DNA of 64,000 bases from an uncultured bacterium (GCA_964473525.1 CAYYPK010000017.1:1992-65991), one strand, 5' to 3'. Shown: positions 40,356 through 50,467, counted from the stretch's first letter. Made by a program: numbers and translations. The notes: generated by a model from the letters alone, not told the origin.

Positions 40356-41569
40356 GCCGACTCGCCAGGCGCGCGCAACAGCAGCCCGAGCGCAACGCCG
40401 GACAGGATTAGGAAGCCGCTTGCTGCGCGGAACACGACGGGAAGCCCCAGATTCCCGGCGATGTACCCGCCGATGGGTGGCCCGACGATACTGCCAAACG
40501 CGCCAGCGAGCTGTAGCATCCCCATGGCCGTTCCACGGGCGGACGGCTTCACCAGATCCGTGATGAGCGCCACGCTGACGATGCTGCCCGCCAGACCGAG
40601 CCCCCACATAGCCTGAGCCACGGCAATCCACGCGAGACTCGAAGCGACGCCCAGGAGGGCGTATCTCGCTCCCGCCGCGATGGACGAGAAGACGAGCAGG
40701 GGCTTCCTGCCTAGCCGATCCGACGCGCGGCCGAGCAGGATGATCACGGGGATCTCGACGACCGCGGCCAGTCCCATCATACGCCCAATCCACGCCTTGG
40801 ACATGCCGAACGTCTCGTCGAGATGGTTGGCGTAGAACTGCATCCCCATCGAGCTGCCGATCGAGCCGAATGCCACGCACGCGTAGAGGACGATGAGGTT
40901 CCTCTCGCGCAACACCTCGCGCCACGCGCCCCAGGGCGATGTCGCCGCCTCTCGCGCGGGTGGCTCGTGGATTCGGGCGCGGGCGAACAGGGCGCAGCCC
41001 AGGTAGATGACCGCCCCTGAGAGGAACGCCGTCGCATACGACGTGTCGCGAGCCACGAGGGGGAGGAGACAGAGGCTCGTGATGGCGAACCCGACACTCC
41101 CGGAAACGCGATAGACCCCATACTGCTTGCCGCGCGAGCCGTCGTGCAGCGTCGTCGTGACGAGGGCGCCTATGTTGAGGCTGTACGCGACCGTGGACGC
41201 GGCGAGGGCGAAGGTGGCGGCGGCGAGCGACCAGAAACTACGGGACGCCAGATGCAGCCCGGTGGCGGCCGCCGATATGGCAAGCCCGGTCACGATCCAC
41301 GGCTTGCGGCGCCCGGAGCCGTCCGACAGCACACCAACGACGATGGGCACTGCGGATGTTGTCGCCGACCGCACGAAGCCCAGCCAGCCAATCTGCTGGA
41401 GGCTCAGGCCGATCCAGGGAGCCCGGTAATAAAGACTGCGCAGCGGCCACACGATGCCCGCGGCGGTACCGAGGGCGACGGTGAGGAACCAGCATGCGCG
41501 AAAGTCACGCGACTGCCAGCCAGACCCCTCGGTCTCCCTGTTCGATGGCTGTGTGTCCGACGGTGGCAC
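40322..41569 (-). CDS. MFS transporter (paralog 1 of 3)
   Basis: A 415-aa product with about 12 predicted TM segments and MFS signature loops GVLSDGSGRRKPWI and LGRASDRLGRKP. It is highly similar to the next two genes. Confidence 0.8.
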   Translation of the reverse strand: MPPSDTQPSNRETEGSGWQSRDFRACWFLTVALGTAAGIVWPLRSLYYRAPWIGLSLQQIGWLGFVRSATTSAVPIVVGVLSDGSGRRKPWIVTGLAISAAATGLHLASRSFWSLAAATFALAASTVAYSLNIGALVTTTLHDGSRGKQYGVYRVSGSVGFAITSLCLLPLVARDTSYATAFLSGAVIYLGCALFARARIHEPPAREAATSPWGAWREVLRERNLIVLYACVAFGSIGSSMGMQFYANHLDETFGMSKAWIGRMMGLAAVVEIPVIILLGRASDRLGRKPLLVFSSIAAGARYALLGVASSLAWIAVAQAMWGLGLAGSIVSVALITDLVKPSARGTAMGMLQLAGAFGSIVGPPIGGYIAGNLGLPVVFRAASGFLILSGVALGLLLRAPGESAQTSSSSWSSS

Positions 41570-41581
41570 GATGCTGGATCT

Positions 41582-42844
41582 CTATGGCGTGCGCGTCGGC
41601 GCCATCGAGGTCGGCAAGGGAGCGTTCGCCTCTGCCGACCGCGGCGGACGGAGGAACAGCAGCAGCCCGACGCCACCGGCGACAGCGAAGCCGCCACCCA
41701 CGCGGAACACGACGGGGAGGCCGATGTTCTGCGCGATGTATCCCCCTACGGGCGGCCCGACAATGCTGCCGAACGCCCACGAGAGCTGTAGCATCCCCAT
41801 CGCGCTGCCCCGCGCGGCAGGTCGCACGAGGTCCGTGATGAGGGCGACACTTACCGTATACCCGGCGAAGCCGAGCCCCCACATCACCTGCGCCACAACA
41901 ACCCACGAAACGTCGGGAGCAATTCCCACCAACGCCCAACGCACGCCGCCGATGATGAACGTGAACACGAGGATCGGCTTCCTCCCCCACCTGTCCGACG
42001 CGCGACCGAGGAGGATGAGAGCAGGAATCTCGATCACCGCGGCGAGGCCGATGATTCGGCCGATCCACGCCTTGGACAGATGGAACGTCTCGTCCAGGTG
42101 GTTGGACATGAACTGCATGCCCATCGACGTGCCGATGGAACTTACCGCCATGAACACGTACAGCACGACCAGGTTGCGCTCGGACAGCACCTCTCTCCAC
42201 GCGCCCCACGGCGACGCGGCGTGCTCTTTGGCTGGCTCCTCGCGAACGCGTAGCGCCGCGAGGACCATGCACACCAGATAGATGCCTGCGCCCGTCAGGA
42301 ACGTAGCCGTGTACGTAGGGTCCATCGTGGCGACGGGTATGATGACAAGGCTTGCCGCAGCGTAGCCGATGCTCCCGGATACGCGGAAGATGCCGAACTG
42401 TCGGCCTCGGGCGTTGTCGTGCAGCGTCGTGGTCACGAGCGCGTTCACGTTGACGTTGTATGCAACGAAAGCCATCGTCGTGACGAACGTCACGGCGGCC
42501 AGGGACCAGAAGCTGCCGGCGAGCAGGTAGAGCGCCACGCCCACGCTGGACAGCGCGAATCCGCCCACGATCCAGGGCTTACGGCGCCCGGAGCCGTCGG
42601 AGAGGACACCGATGAGCACCGGCAGCGCCGCCATCGTCACGGATCGGACGAACCCCAGCCACCCAACCTGCTGTAGGCTCATGCCTACCCACGGCTCACG
42701 GAAATACAGGTTTCGCAGAGGCCACACGAGACCCCACGCGATGCCGAAGGTGGCGGAGATCATCCAACACGTGCGGAAGTCCCGCGAGCGCCAGACGGAC
42801 GGCGCCGGCTCCTGGCTCCTCGCGGATGTCCCGGACGGTGGCAA
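41582..42844 (-). CDS. MFS transporter (paralog 2 of 3)
   Basis: A 420-aa product with the same architecture and motifs (GVLSDGSGRRKPWI, LGRASDRWGRKP). Confidence 0.8.
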   Translation of the reverse strand: MPPSGTSARSQEPAPSVWRSRDFRTCWMISATFGIAWGLVWPLRNLYFREPWVGMSLQQVGWLGFVRSVTMAALPVLIGVLSDGSGRRKPWIVGGFALSSVGVALYLLAGSFWSLAAVTFVTTMAFVAYNVNVNALVTTTLHDNARGRQFGIFRVSGSIGYAAASLVIIPVATMDPTYTATFLTGAGIYLVCMVLAALRVREEPAKEHAASPWGAWREVLSERNLVVLYVFMAVSSIGTSMGMQFMSNHLDETFHLSKAWIGRIIGLAAVIEIPALILLGRASDRWGRKPILVFTFIIGGVRWALVGIAPDVSWVVVAQVMWGLGFAGYTVSVALITDLVRPAARGSAMGMLQLSWAFGSIVGPPVGGYIAQNIGLPVVFRVGGGFAVAGGVGLLLFLRPPRSAEANAPLPTSMAPTRTP

Positions 42845-42894
42845 GTTGAGGTTCTCCTCGACCAGGCTGGCGCAGGCTCAGCCCTCGTGTGGGC

Positions 42895-44121
42895 CTAGCC
42901 CGCCTGCGGCGCGGTGGACGGCGCCCGAAGAAAGGCTAGCAGGCCCACGCCACCCAGGATCGCAACGCCTCCGCCAATCCTGAACACGACGGGCAAGCCT
43001 ACGTTCTGCGCGATGTACCCGCCTACCGGCGGGCCAATGATGCTTCCTACGGCCCAGGACAGTTGCAGCATACCCATGGCGCTGCCGCGTGCTGCGGGCT
43101 TGACCAGATCCGTGATGAGCGCGACTCCGACCGTATAGCCCGCGAAGCCCATGCCCCACAGAAACTGAGCGGCCACGACCCATCCGAGCGAAGGGGCCAG
43201 GCCGATGAGCGTCCAGCGCACGCCGCCCATGATGAACGCGACGACGAGAATCGGCTTGCGCCCCCAGTGGTCCGACGCCCAGCCAAGCGCAATCAGCGCG
43301 GGTATCTCCAGCAACGACGCCAGGCCGACAATCCGCCCTATGGACGCCTTCGACATGCCGAACGTCTCGTCGAGGTGATTCGACAGGAACTGGAAGCCCA
43401 TCGACGTGCCGATGGAGCTGACCGCCAGGCAGGTGTACATCACGACGAGGTTGCGCTCACGCAGCACATCTCGCCACGCGCCCCACTGTGAGCCGGACTC
43501 CCGGGGCGCCGGCGTTTCTTTGATCCCCAGGGACGTCACAACCAGGCAGCCCAGGTAGATCGCCGACCCGGTAAGGAACGTGCTAGCGTAGGTCGTATCG
43601 CGCGCCACCAGTGGAATCAGCGCGAAGGTGGCAAGAGCATAGCCGATGCTTCCCGACACGCGGTATTGGCCGTATTGGCGCCCGCGCGCGTTGTCGTGCA
43701 GCGTCGTCGTCACGAGGGCGTTGACGTTCAGGTTGTAGGCGATGAACGCCACGGCGATGAGGAACGTGACCCCCGCGAGCGTCCAGAACGTGTGGCTGAC
43801 GAGGTATAGGGCGGTCGCCGCGCTGGACAGCACGAAGCCAGCCATGATCCACGGCTTGCGGCGGCCCGAGCGGTCGGAGAGAATCCCAAACGCAAGGGGT
43901 ACGGAAGCCATCGTCGCGGATCGCACGAACCCTAGCCATCCGATCTGCTGAAACGTCAGCCCGACCCATGGCTCGCGAAAATAGAGACTACGCAGTGGGA
44001 ACACGATGCCCCACGCCACGTTGAACAGGGCCGTGAGACCCCAGCACACCAGGAAGTCGCGCGAACGCCACACCGACGTGGCGGGCCGAGAGTAGGGCGG
44101 TTCTGATCCAGGCAGGGACAA
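42895..44121 (-). CDS. MFS transporter (paralog 3 of 3)
   Basis: A 408-aa product with the same architecture and motifs (GILSDRSGRRKPWI, LGWASDHWGRKP). Confidence 0.8.
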   Translation of the reverse strand: MSLPGSEPPYSRPATSVWRSRDFLVCWGLTALFNVAWGIVFPLRSLYFREPWVGLTFQQIGWLGFVRSATMASVPLAFGILSDRSGRRKPWIMAGFVLSSAATALYLVSHTFWTLAGVTFLIAVAFIAYNLNVNALVTTTLHDNARGRQYGQYRVSGSIGYALATFALIPLVARDTTYASTFLTGSAIYLGCLVVTSLGIKETPAPRESGSQWGAWRDVLRERNLVVMYTCLAVSSIGTSMGFQFLSNHLDETFGMSKASIGRIVGLASLLEIPALIALGWASDHWGRKPILVVAFIMGGVRWTLIGLAPSLGWVVAAQFLWGMGFAGYTVGVALITDLVKPAARGSAMGMLQLSWAVGSIIGPPVGGYIAQNVGLPVVFRIGGGVAILGGVGLLAFLRAPSTAPQAG

Positions 44122-44254
44122 GCGCGGAGTCTCTCTGTGCGCGAGGGTTGGAACACGGGAATCATAGCTTACGCGGGCAGGTGGGTCACGGGCAGTCCCA
44201 ACGCCCCAGCTACTCTAGCCCGATACGCAGGCACGACACCGTAGGAGAAACGCG

Positions 44255-45097
44255 TTGGCATCGAAGAAGCGAGTTGTCGTCGTAGGGGCGGCCGGTTACA
44301 TAGCGTCGCAATTGGTCCCGCAGTTCCGCGAGCAGTACGACCTTGTCGCGGTGGACATCACGGACACCACCCGTTCAGGCGATGTCGTCCCAGACATCCA
44401 CGTGGCCGATCTGCTGAACACGGACCTCGAAGCGAATCGCGAGCTCTTCGCGGGCGCCGACGCTATCGTCCACTGCGGCTTTCGCGGTAGCGCATCAGCC
44501 GCGTACGGCGACGACGGCAAGTTCGACGCTGAGATGGACAACGTGCGCATGGCGCGCAACGTGTTCGAGCTGGCGCAGATGGAGGGCGTCAGGCGGGTCG
44601 TCGTGGCGTCGTCGAACCACGCCGCGGACTGGTATGAGCCACTGTTGCATTCGGGCCGTATGGACGTCGTCAGCCCGGAGACGTTCCCGCTGTCGGACAA
44701 CCTGTACGGCTGGGCGAAGGCGGTGTACGAGCACCTCGGGTTCGTCTACGCCACCGGCAAACTCGGCTCAACGCTCGAGGTGGTAATGGTCCGCATTGGG
44801 GCGCCCCGCCCCATTCTGCTCGAGCGGTTCATCAATAGCGACCCGTCCCGGTACAAGCGGGATCTGGGCGCCTGGATATCGCCACGCGACATGCGGCAGC
44901 TCTTCTCGAAGTCCATCGACACGCCAGACATCGACAACGAGCACGGCATCCCATTTCAGATCTTCTACGGCGTGTCCGGCAACGCGCGTGGGTTCTGGAG
45001 CATCGTGAACGCGCGCTCTGTCATCGGTTACGCGCCAGAGGACGACTCGGAACGGGAGTACGCGGCCGACATCGCGTCGTTCCTGCACGCTGACTGA
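44255..45097 (+). CDS. NAD(P)-dependent oxidoreductase of the epimerase/dehydratase (extended SDR) family
   Basis: VVVVGAAGYIASQL is a Rossmann motif, and YGWAKAVYEHL is a YxxxK motif. A TTG start at 44255 is preceded by aggaga 8 nt upstream. Confidence 0.7.
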   Translation: MASKKRVVVVGAAGYIASQLVPQFREQYDLVAVDITDTTRSGDVVPDIHVADLLNTDLEANRELFAGADAIVHCGFRGSASAAYGDDGKFDAEMDNVRMARNVFELAQMEGVRRVVVASSNHAADWYEPLLHSGRMDVVSPETFPLSDNLYGWAKAVYEHLGFVYATGKLGSTLEVVMVRIGAPRPILLERFINSDPSRYKRDLGAWISPRDMRQLFSKSIDTPDIDNEHGIPFQIFYGVSGNARGFWSIVNARSVIGYAPEDDSEREYAADIASFLHAD

Positions 45098-45118
45098 GGT
45101 CTTGGTCGGTACGCACCA

Positions 45119-45152
45119 GAAGGGGAGCGCCCAAGCCTGGGAGCTCCCCTTC
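45119..45152 (+). terminator. Hairpin just downstream of the epimerase stop (45097)
   Basis: A perfect 10-bp stem, gaaggggagc (45119-45128) and gctccccttc (45143-45152), encloses a 14-nt loop. No U-tract. Confidence 0.4.
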
Positions 45153-45853
45153 CTGCTCGTCGTTCCGTCACTGATCTCGTCCGCGGGCCCCGGCTATCGC
45201 CCGCGCGCCTTGTCCGTCGGCGCTGCCCCTCCTTTGCCGTATCGCGGAGGCGTGCACGCCATCGTCGAACGCGTCCCTAACGTACCGTGGCCCTCGAACG
45301 CGTCCGCTACGCGGCCCCCAACGGAGACAGCGCTGATCGGTCCCTTAGTGGGTCACTGCGCGCGCCGCAAGGACGAACCCCGAGGCTGTCGACACACCAT
45401 AGGCGTCTCCTCCGGGGATCGGTATGGTCATTTGCGAAGCGCATCCACGCCACCGGAGCGCGTCGCGCGCCACCACGGCAAATCCCGGGACGCTACCTAG
45501 AGCGAAGCACGGGCAGGAGAGGGCGCTTTCGCCACCAGAGCTAGGCGCCCTGCTCCTACCCGTTCATTGCTGTTCCCGCTTACGTATCGTGAACGGCTCT
45601 CGTGTTTCTGTCCCGTTCATTGCCGCTTCACCCCTACAGTAGCCCCGCTTTTCGGCCGCGCAAGGCGCCACGGCAAGAAATGTCGCCCGGCATTGAGACC
45701 GGCTGATAGCCACGTTCCACGGTCGTCCGGTTGCTCTTGGAGACGCTTGCCAGGGTGGCTATTAGTAGAGCGGATGCCCGACCCAAGGAGCATCTCCCCG
45801 ATCCGGGAGCGGATGTGCCATTCGGCGGGGCGGGCAAGCACAAGGAGCGTGTC

Positions 45854-46048
45854 ATGGCCGGGCCAGAGGAACGGACTGACAAGAGCCTCATCGAGGAGAA
45901 CTGGGTGCTGGGCGCCATGCTGGGGGTACTCCTCATTCTCGGGGTGGCTCTCTGGTGGCTCGCAACGCACCCGGACAACGTGGCTGCCTGGGTCAAGCGG
46001 GACGCGACCAAGACGCGGGTCGAGAAGCCCACTGCCGTCGCGCCATAG
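45854..46048 (+). CDS. Small hypothetical membrane protein (64 aa)
   Basis: The ATG at 45854 is preceded by a strong Shine-Dalgarno aaggag 8 nt upstream. The product MAGPEERTDKSLIEENWVLGAMLGVLLILGVALWWLATHP has one TM helix. The stop is at 46046-46048. Confidence 0.45.
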   Translation: MAGPEERTDKSLIEENWVLGAMLGVLLILGVALWWLATHPDNVAAWVKRDATKTRVEKPTAVAP

Positions 46049-46070
46049 GCGCCGAAAGGGGTGTGCGACC

Positions 46071-46391
46071 ATGGATGAGAAGGAGGCTGCCGGAGGAGTA
46101 TCGCCGATTCGGCAGTATCACTTGAAACTGGACGATCCCGACCTGCTCGTGTTCGTCCGGCACGTGACCAACAGGGCGTGGAGGGGTATTGCCCCCCAGC
46201 TGCCGGCGGAGGCGCGATCCGCTGAGACATACCTCACGATGCGCAGGGCGATCGAAGAGGAGCTACGCGAACACGTCGTCGGTATGGACCTATGTGGACT
46301 CTCGACCGTGTGCGTCGAGTCCGAGGAATACGACCCGTGGCCCGAGGCTGGCAACTTGCCCTCCGGGCTGATCGAACCGCAGAGAGCATGA
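46071..46391 (+). CDS. Hypothetical protein (106 aa)
   Basis: This is the C-terminal part of track ORF 45567..46391. From the ATG at 46071 (MDEKEAAGGVSPIRQYHLKLDDPDLLVFVRHVTNRAW...) the composition looks protein-like. The upstream 168 aa of the track ORF are R/S/P/G-rich and span a non-coding gap. Confidence 0.35.
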   Translation: MDEKEAAGGVSPIRQYHLKLDDPDLLVFVRHVTNRAWRGIAPQLPAEARSAETYLTMRRAIEEELREHVVGMDLCGLSTVCVESEEYDPWPEAGNLPSGLIEPQRA

Positions 46392-46409
46392 ACTCACCGG
46401 CCCTCCCTC

Positions 46410-47891
46410 GTGGGAGGGCCTTTCTACGTCGGAATATATATTATGTCCCGCTCATTAGCTGTCGATACCCGCGAGGCGCCGCGCGTCGGTACCGTGTCCC
46501 TCGGGAGGTGGGGCGTTGTCGGGGGCGCGTTACTTATCCAGGCAATCCTCGGCACCGTATATGCCTTTAGCGTCCTGGTGGAACCCTTCGAGACGGCGTT
46601 CGCGTGGTCCAGAACACAGATAACCACTACGGCCAGCATATCCCTGGGCGTGTTCGCGCTGACGATGGTCGTTGCCGGTGGCGTCCTCGACCGTCGAGGG
46701 CCACGGTTCACCGCGCTCATCGGCGCGGGCTTCCTAACGACGGCGTTCCTCGCCGTGAGTCAGATGAGGTCGCTGGCGGCTATGTACGTCGTGCATGGCA
46801 TTGTCACGGCGGCGGTCGCGGTGGGGCTCTATCTGCTCATCAACACGATCACCGGTGGTAAGCGGTCGCCGGTCGCCGACAGCATGAAGATCGGCGCGAT
46901 GATTGGGGTGGCTGTCACATCCCTGCTGGTTGCCCAGGGCATGATCAAGGGCACGTCGACAGACTCGCTGTGGATGTTCTATCTCACCTATGGATTCCTG
47001 GGCGGAATTGGGATCGGCTTCGGCTACGTCGCCCCGGTCACCGCGTGCGTGAAGTGGTTTCCCAACCATAGGGGCCTCATCACGGGCATCGCCGTGGCGG
47101 GCTTTGGGGCCGGCTCCATGATATTCGCCCCGTCCGCGCGCTGGACGATTGACGCGCTGGGCTGGTCAAGCTTCTTCCTTATCCACGGTTTCGTCTGTGC
47201 CGCCGGTCTCAGTATCGGCGCCCTGCTGCTGAGGAACCCGTCCGATGAAGACAAGGCGAGGCTCGGTTCCGTCCGACATGCCGCCAAGGAACCGGGCGAG
47301 GAGACCCATTGGTCTGAAATGGTGCGCACGTGGAAGTTCTGGCGGCTCTGGATCCTGTTCGTGTTCGGGGCGACAGCGGGTTTGATGACGATCACTCAGC
47401 TGAAGCCGTTCGCCACGTTGCAGGGACTCACGGCTGGTCAGGGCGCCGCCGCGATCGCGGTCCTCGCCGCGTGCAACGCCGCTGGCCGAACACTCTGGGG
47501 CGCCGCGTCCGACCGCATCGGACGGAGCCGGAGTATGGCCGCCATGTTCGCCCTCCAGGCTGTGATGATGTTCGCCATCAACGGCTTCGATGGGCCGACG
47601 CTCTTCTTCCTCGCAGCTGGATGGGTCGGTTTCAATTTCGGCGGCATCTTTGCCCTGTTCCCGTCCGCCACGGCAGACTCCTTCGGCACGCGGGGCCTGG
47701 GAACGAACTACGGCATCGTCTTTACCGCCTATGGCGTCGCCGGGATTCTCGGTCCCATTGTCGCGGCCAGGGTGTATGACGCGACGCAGACATATGCGGT
47801 GGCGTTCACGTTTGCGGCCATCCTGTGTGTCGCCGCGGCAGTCATCGCGCTCTTCTCGGGGCGCGCCGCGCGGCGCGCGCAGACCGCGTAG
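46410..47891 (+). CDS. MFS transporter of the oxalate/formate antiporter (OFA)-like family
   Basis: A 493-aa product with 12 predicted TM segments. GALLIQAILGTVYAFSVLVEPFE is typical of the OFA family N-terminus. An alternative start is ATG 46443 (MSRSL...). Confidence 0.75.
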   Translation: MGGPFYVGIYIMSRSLAVDTREAPRVGTVSLGRWGVVGGALLIQAILGTVYAFSVLVEPFETAFAWSRTQITTTASISLGVFALTMVVAGGVLDRRGPRFTALIGAGFLTTAFLAVSQMRSLAAMYVVHGIVTAAVAVGLYLLINTITGGKRSPVADSMKIGAMIGVAVTSLLVAQGMIKGTSTDSLWMFYLTYGFLGGIGIGFGYVAPVTACVKWFPNHRGLITGIAVAGFGAGSMIFAPSARWTIDALGWSSFFLIHGFVCAAGLSIGALLLRNPSDEDKARLGSVRHAAKEPGEETHWSEMVRTWKFWRLWILFVFGATAGLMTITQLKPFATLQGLTAGQGAAAIAVLAACNAAGRTLWGAASDRIGRSRSMAAMFALQAVMMFAINGFDGPTLFFLAAGWVGFNFGGIFALFPSATADSFGTRGLGTNYGIVFTAYGVAGILGPIVAARVYDATQTYAVAFTFAAILCVAAAVIALFSGRAARRAQTA

Positions 47892-48032
47892 CGGGGACGC
47901 TTGCCAGGTCGGCCTCGGATGGGGCCGACCTGGCGCTCCCCGAGCGTGCATGCTCCGCCGACGTGTGGGCCGTTGTTGGCTCTGCTATGATCGTCGCGCC
48001 GCGACGCACGAGGGCGCACGTAGGGAGCTAGC

Positions 48033-48764
48033 ATGTCGCACGATCTGACACCCGAACAGGTGGAGCAGTTCCGCGAGGACGGCTACCTCGGCCCCTTCGA
48101 GCTATGCCCGCCCGACGAGATGGCGCGCATCGCCGCGCGTGTAGACGCCGAAGTGCTTGCAGGCGAAGCCCCGCCACAAGGGCATCACCAGTCCCGGCAT
48201 CTAGACAGCCGGGTGGTCTACGACCTCTGCGCTCATGAAGCGATAGTGTCTCGCATGGCCAGCGTCTACGGGCCTGACCTGCTTCTCTGGCGTTCCCACT
48301 TCTTCCTGAAAGAACCGGGAGCGGCGGAAGTGCCGTGGCACCAGGATACGAACTACTGGCCGCTGGAGCCGCCGCTGAATATCTCGGCGTGGGTCGCTAT
48401 CGACGACGTGACGGTCGAGAACGCGTGCGTCAACATCATCCCCGGGTCGCACCAGAGCGTTGTCCCGCACGTACGCTCCCCGGAAGGGATGCTCTTCGCG
48501 GAGATGGCGGACATGGACTACATCGACACCTCGACGGCTGTCCCGATGGAACTGCGCGCCGGGGAGTTCTTCCTCTTCAACGAGCGCACGGTGCATCAGT
48601 CGGAGCCGAACCGCTCCGACCGCCGGAGGCTGGGGCTCGCGGTACGCGTGACGACGCCGATCGTCCGGGTGGACCACCGACGCCTCTTTCCGGGTCACAA
48701 GGCCGTCCCGCTGTGCGGCGAGGACCGTATGGACCTCAACGAAGTCGGCGCCCCGCCGGACTGA
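48033..48764 (+). CDS. Phytanoyl-CoA dioxygenase (PhyH) family Fe(II)/2-oxoglutarate oxygenase
   Basis: WHQDTNYWPLEP fits the HxD region, and IIPGSHQ places the distal His in a PhyH-like context. Confidence 0.8.
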   Translation: MSHDLTPEQVEQFREDGYLGPFELCPPDEMARIAARVDAEVLAGEAPPQGHHQSRHLDSRVVYDLCAHEAIVSRMASVYGPDLLLWRSHFFLKEPGAAEVPWHQDTNYWPLEPPLNISAWVAIDDVTVENACVNIIPGSHQSVVPHVRSPEGMLFAEMADMDYIDTSTAVPMELRAGEFFLFNERTVHQSEPNRSDRRRLGLAVRVTTPIVRVDHRRLFPGHKAVPLCGEDRMDLNEVGAPPD

Positions 48765-48773
48765 CGCCGTTGC

Positions 48774-49586
48774 CTACAGTGCCACGTTCTCGGGGCCGAA
48801 GTAGTCGTTTGGCTGCGCCTTCGAGAAGTCGTGATGCCACACGCCTCGGAATAGCGTCCTGCGTTTCGGGGGCATCGCCCCAATCACCTCGGTCGGCAGA
48901 TTCAGCTTGTGGTACTGCGCGTCGGCGTTGCTGTAGCAGTTGAAGACGGCAACGCGCGGGTTCTCCTTCGTCTTCCACACCGGGCCAGCGTGGTTCACGC
49001 TTTCAGAGAAGATGATCGCCGACCCGGGGGGACACTCATACGTCTCGAACAGCGGGGAGTCGAAGCCCTGGTGCGACTCGGGGATCGGGAAGTTCATCTT
49101 GTGACTGCCGGACATGACGAGCGTGCCGCCCTCGCCCTTCCGCACGGGGTTGAGCTCCCACGCCACCCGCGTCAGGCCGCTGTAGATGCTGCCGTTCTGG
49201 TAGGAGTACTTGTGGACTCCTACTCCGAGGCCGCCGCCGTGCGGCTCGAGTCCCACCTGCCCCTCGCTGCGGATCATCGGGAAGCTATTCTCGCATCGGA
49301 AGCCGTAGCACCCTTCGTGACGGTCGCCGCCCAAGACGCCACGCAGGATCGTCACGATCGCTGGGTGGTCCACCAGCACTTGGGCAGGGCCGCTTAGCGA
49401 GTATCGGTCCTTCGGGTCAAGGCTGTCGCGGTCGTCCCGTAGCGCGTAGACGTGCTCGCGGATGGCGGCTACCTCGTCCGCGGCGAGTATGCCGGGAAGC
49501 AGAAGCCACCCTTTCAGGTCGAAGACGAACTTCTGCTCGTCGGTCATCGGCAGCGCGGCGTCGAGGGGGTGATCTTCGTAGGCCAC
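48774..49586 (-). CDS. PhyH-like/cupin-fold hypothetical protein (paralog 1 of tandem pair)
   Basis: A GTG start at 49584-49586 is preceded by aggaga. This gives VAYEDHPLDAALPMTDEQKFVFDLKGW..., collinear with the paralog's MTYEDHPADAALPMTDEQKFIFDLKGW. The longer track ORF to 49727 adds an Arg-rich extension judged spurious. The iron-binding motif is non-canonical (LEPHGGG ... SGSHK). Confidence 0.55.
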   Translation of the reverse strand: MAYEDHPLDAALPMTDEQKFVFDLKGWLLLPGILAADEVAAIREHVYALRDDRDSLDPKDRYSLSGPAQVLVDHPAIVTILRGVLGGDRHEGCYGFRCENSFPMIRSEGQVGLEPHGGGLGVGVHKYSYQNGSIYSGLTRVAWELNPVRKGEGGTLVMSGSHKMNFPIPESHQGFDSPLFETYECPPGSAIIFSESVNHAGPVWKTKENPRVAVFNCYSNADAQYHKLNLPTEVIGAMPPKRRTLFRGVWHHDFSKAQPNDYFGPENVAL

Positions 49587-49660
49587 GAGGGTCTCCTGGG
49601 TCAGGGCGAGTAGCGGACGCAGAGATCCTCTCGCCAGGCTTCTCCGCGCTCGCGCGTGCG

Positions 49661-50467
49661 CTACAGGGCCACGTTCTCGTCGCTGAAGTAGTCGTTCGGC
49701 TGCGCCTCGGCGAAGTTGTGATGCCACACGCCTCGGAAGAGCGTCCGACGCTTCGGGGGCATCGCCTCAATCACCTCGGTCGGCAGGTTGAGCTTGTGGA
49801 ACTGCGCGTCGGCGTTGCTGTAGCAGTTGAACACGGCGACGCGCGGATGCTCCTTCGTCTTCCACAGCGGGCCAGCGTGGTTCACGCTCTCGGAGAACAT
49901 GATCGCGGAACCCGGCGGGCACTCGTACGTCTCGAAGAGCGGGGAGTCGAAGCCCTTGTGCGACTCGGGAATCGGGAAGTTCATTTTGTGGCTGCCAGAC
50001 ATGACGAGCGTGCCGCCCTCTCCCTTCCGAACCGGGTTCAGCTCCCACGCGACCCGGGTGAGGCCACTGTAGATGTCGCCATTCTGGAAGGAGTAGCTGT
50101 GCAGGCCTCTGGGGCCTGCGTGAGGTACCAGCCCGACTTCCCCCTCGCTGCGGATCATCGGGAAGCTGTTCTCGCACCGGAAGCCGTAGCAACCGTCATG
50201 GCGGTCCGCGCCCAGCACCCCGCGCAACACCGAGACGATCGCGGGATGGTCCACCAGGATCTGCGCCGGGCCGCTGAGCGAATAGCGGTCCTTTGGATCA
50301 AGGCTGTCGCGGTCGTCCCTCAGCGCGTAGATGTGCTCACGGATAGCGGCCACTTCGTCGTCCGCAAGCAGTCCAGGGAACAGGAGCCACCCCTTCAGGT
50401 CGAAGATGAACTTCTGCTCGTCGGTCATGGGTAGGGCGGCGTCGGCTGGGTGGTCCTCGTACGTCAT
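49661..50467 (-). CDS. PhyH-like/cupin-fold hypothetical protein (paralog 2 of tandem pair)
   Basis: A 268-aa product about 80% identical to the adjacent paralog. Confidence 0.65.
   Translation of the reverse strand: MTYEDHPADAALPMTDEQKFIFDLKGWLLFPGLLADDEVAAIREHIYALRDDRDSLDPKDRYSLSGPAQILVDHPAIVSVLRGVLGADRHDGCYGFRCENSFPMIRSEGEVGLVPHAGPRGLHSYSFQNGDIYSGLTRVAWELNPVRKGEGGTLVMSGSHKMNFPIPESHKGFDSPLFETYECPPGSAIMFSESVNHAGPLWKTKEHPRVAVFNCYSNADAQFHKLNLPTEVIEAMPPKRRTLFRGVWHHNFAEAQPNDYFSDENVAL

Noticed and set aside
41144-44121. Plus-strand ORFs inside the MFS genes (41144..41791, 41454..42281, 43063..43491 etc.)
   Set aside because: These are antisense frames of membrane-protein genes with Arg/Gly/Pro-rich products. 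The minus-strand genes have MFS signature motifs.
45567-46070. N-terminal 168 aa of track ORF 45567..46391 (274 aa)
   Set aside because: It is low-complexity and R/S/P/G-rich, and spans a region with terminator-like and repeat structure. A shorter start at 46071 gives a plausible protein.
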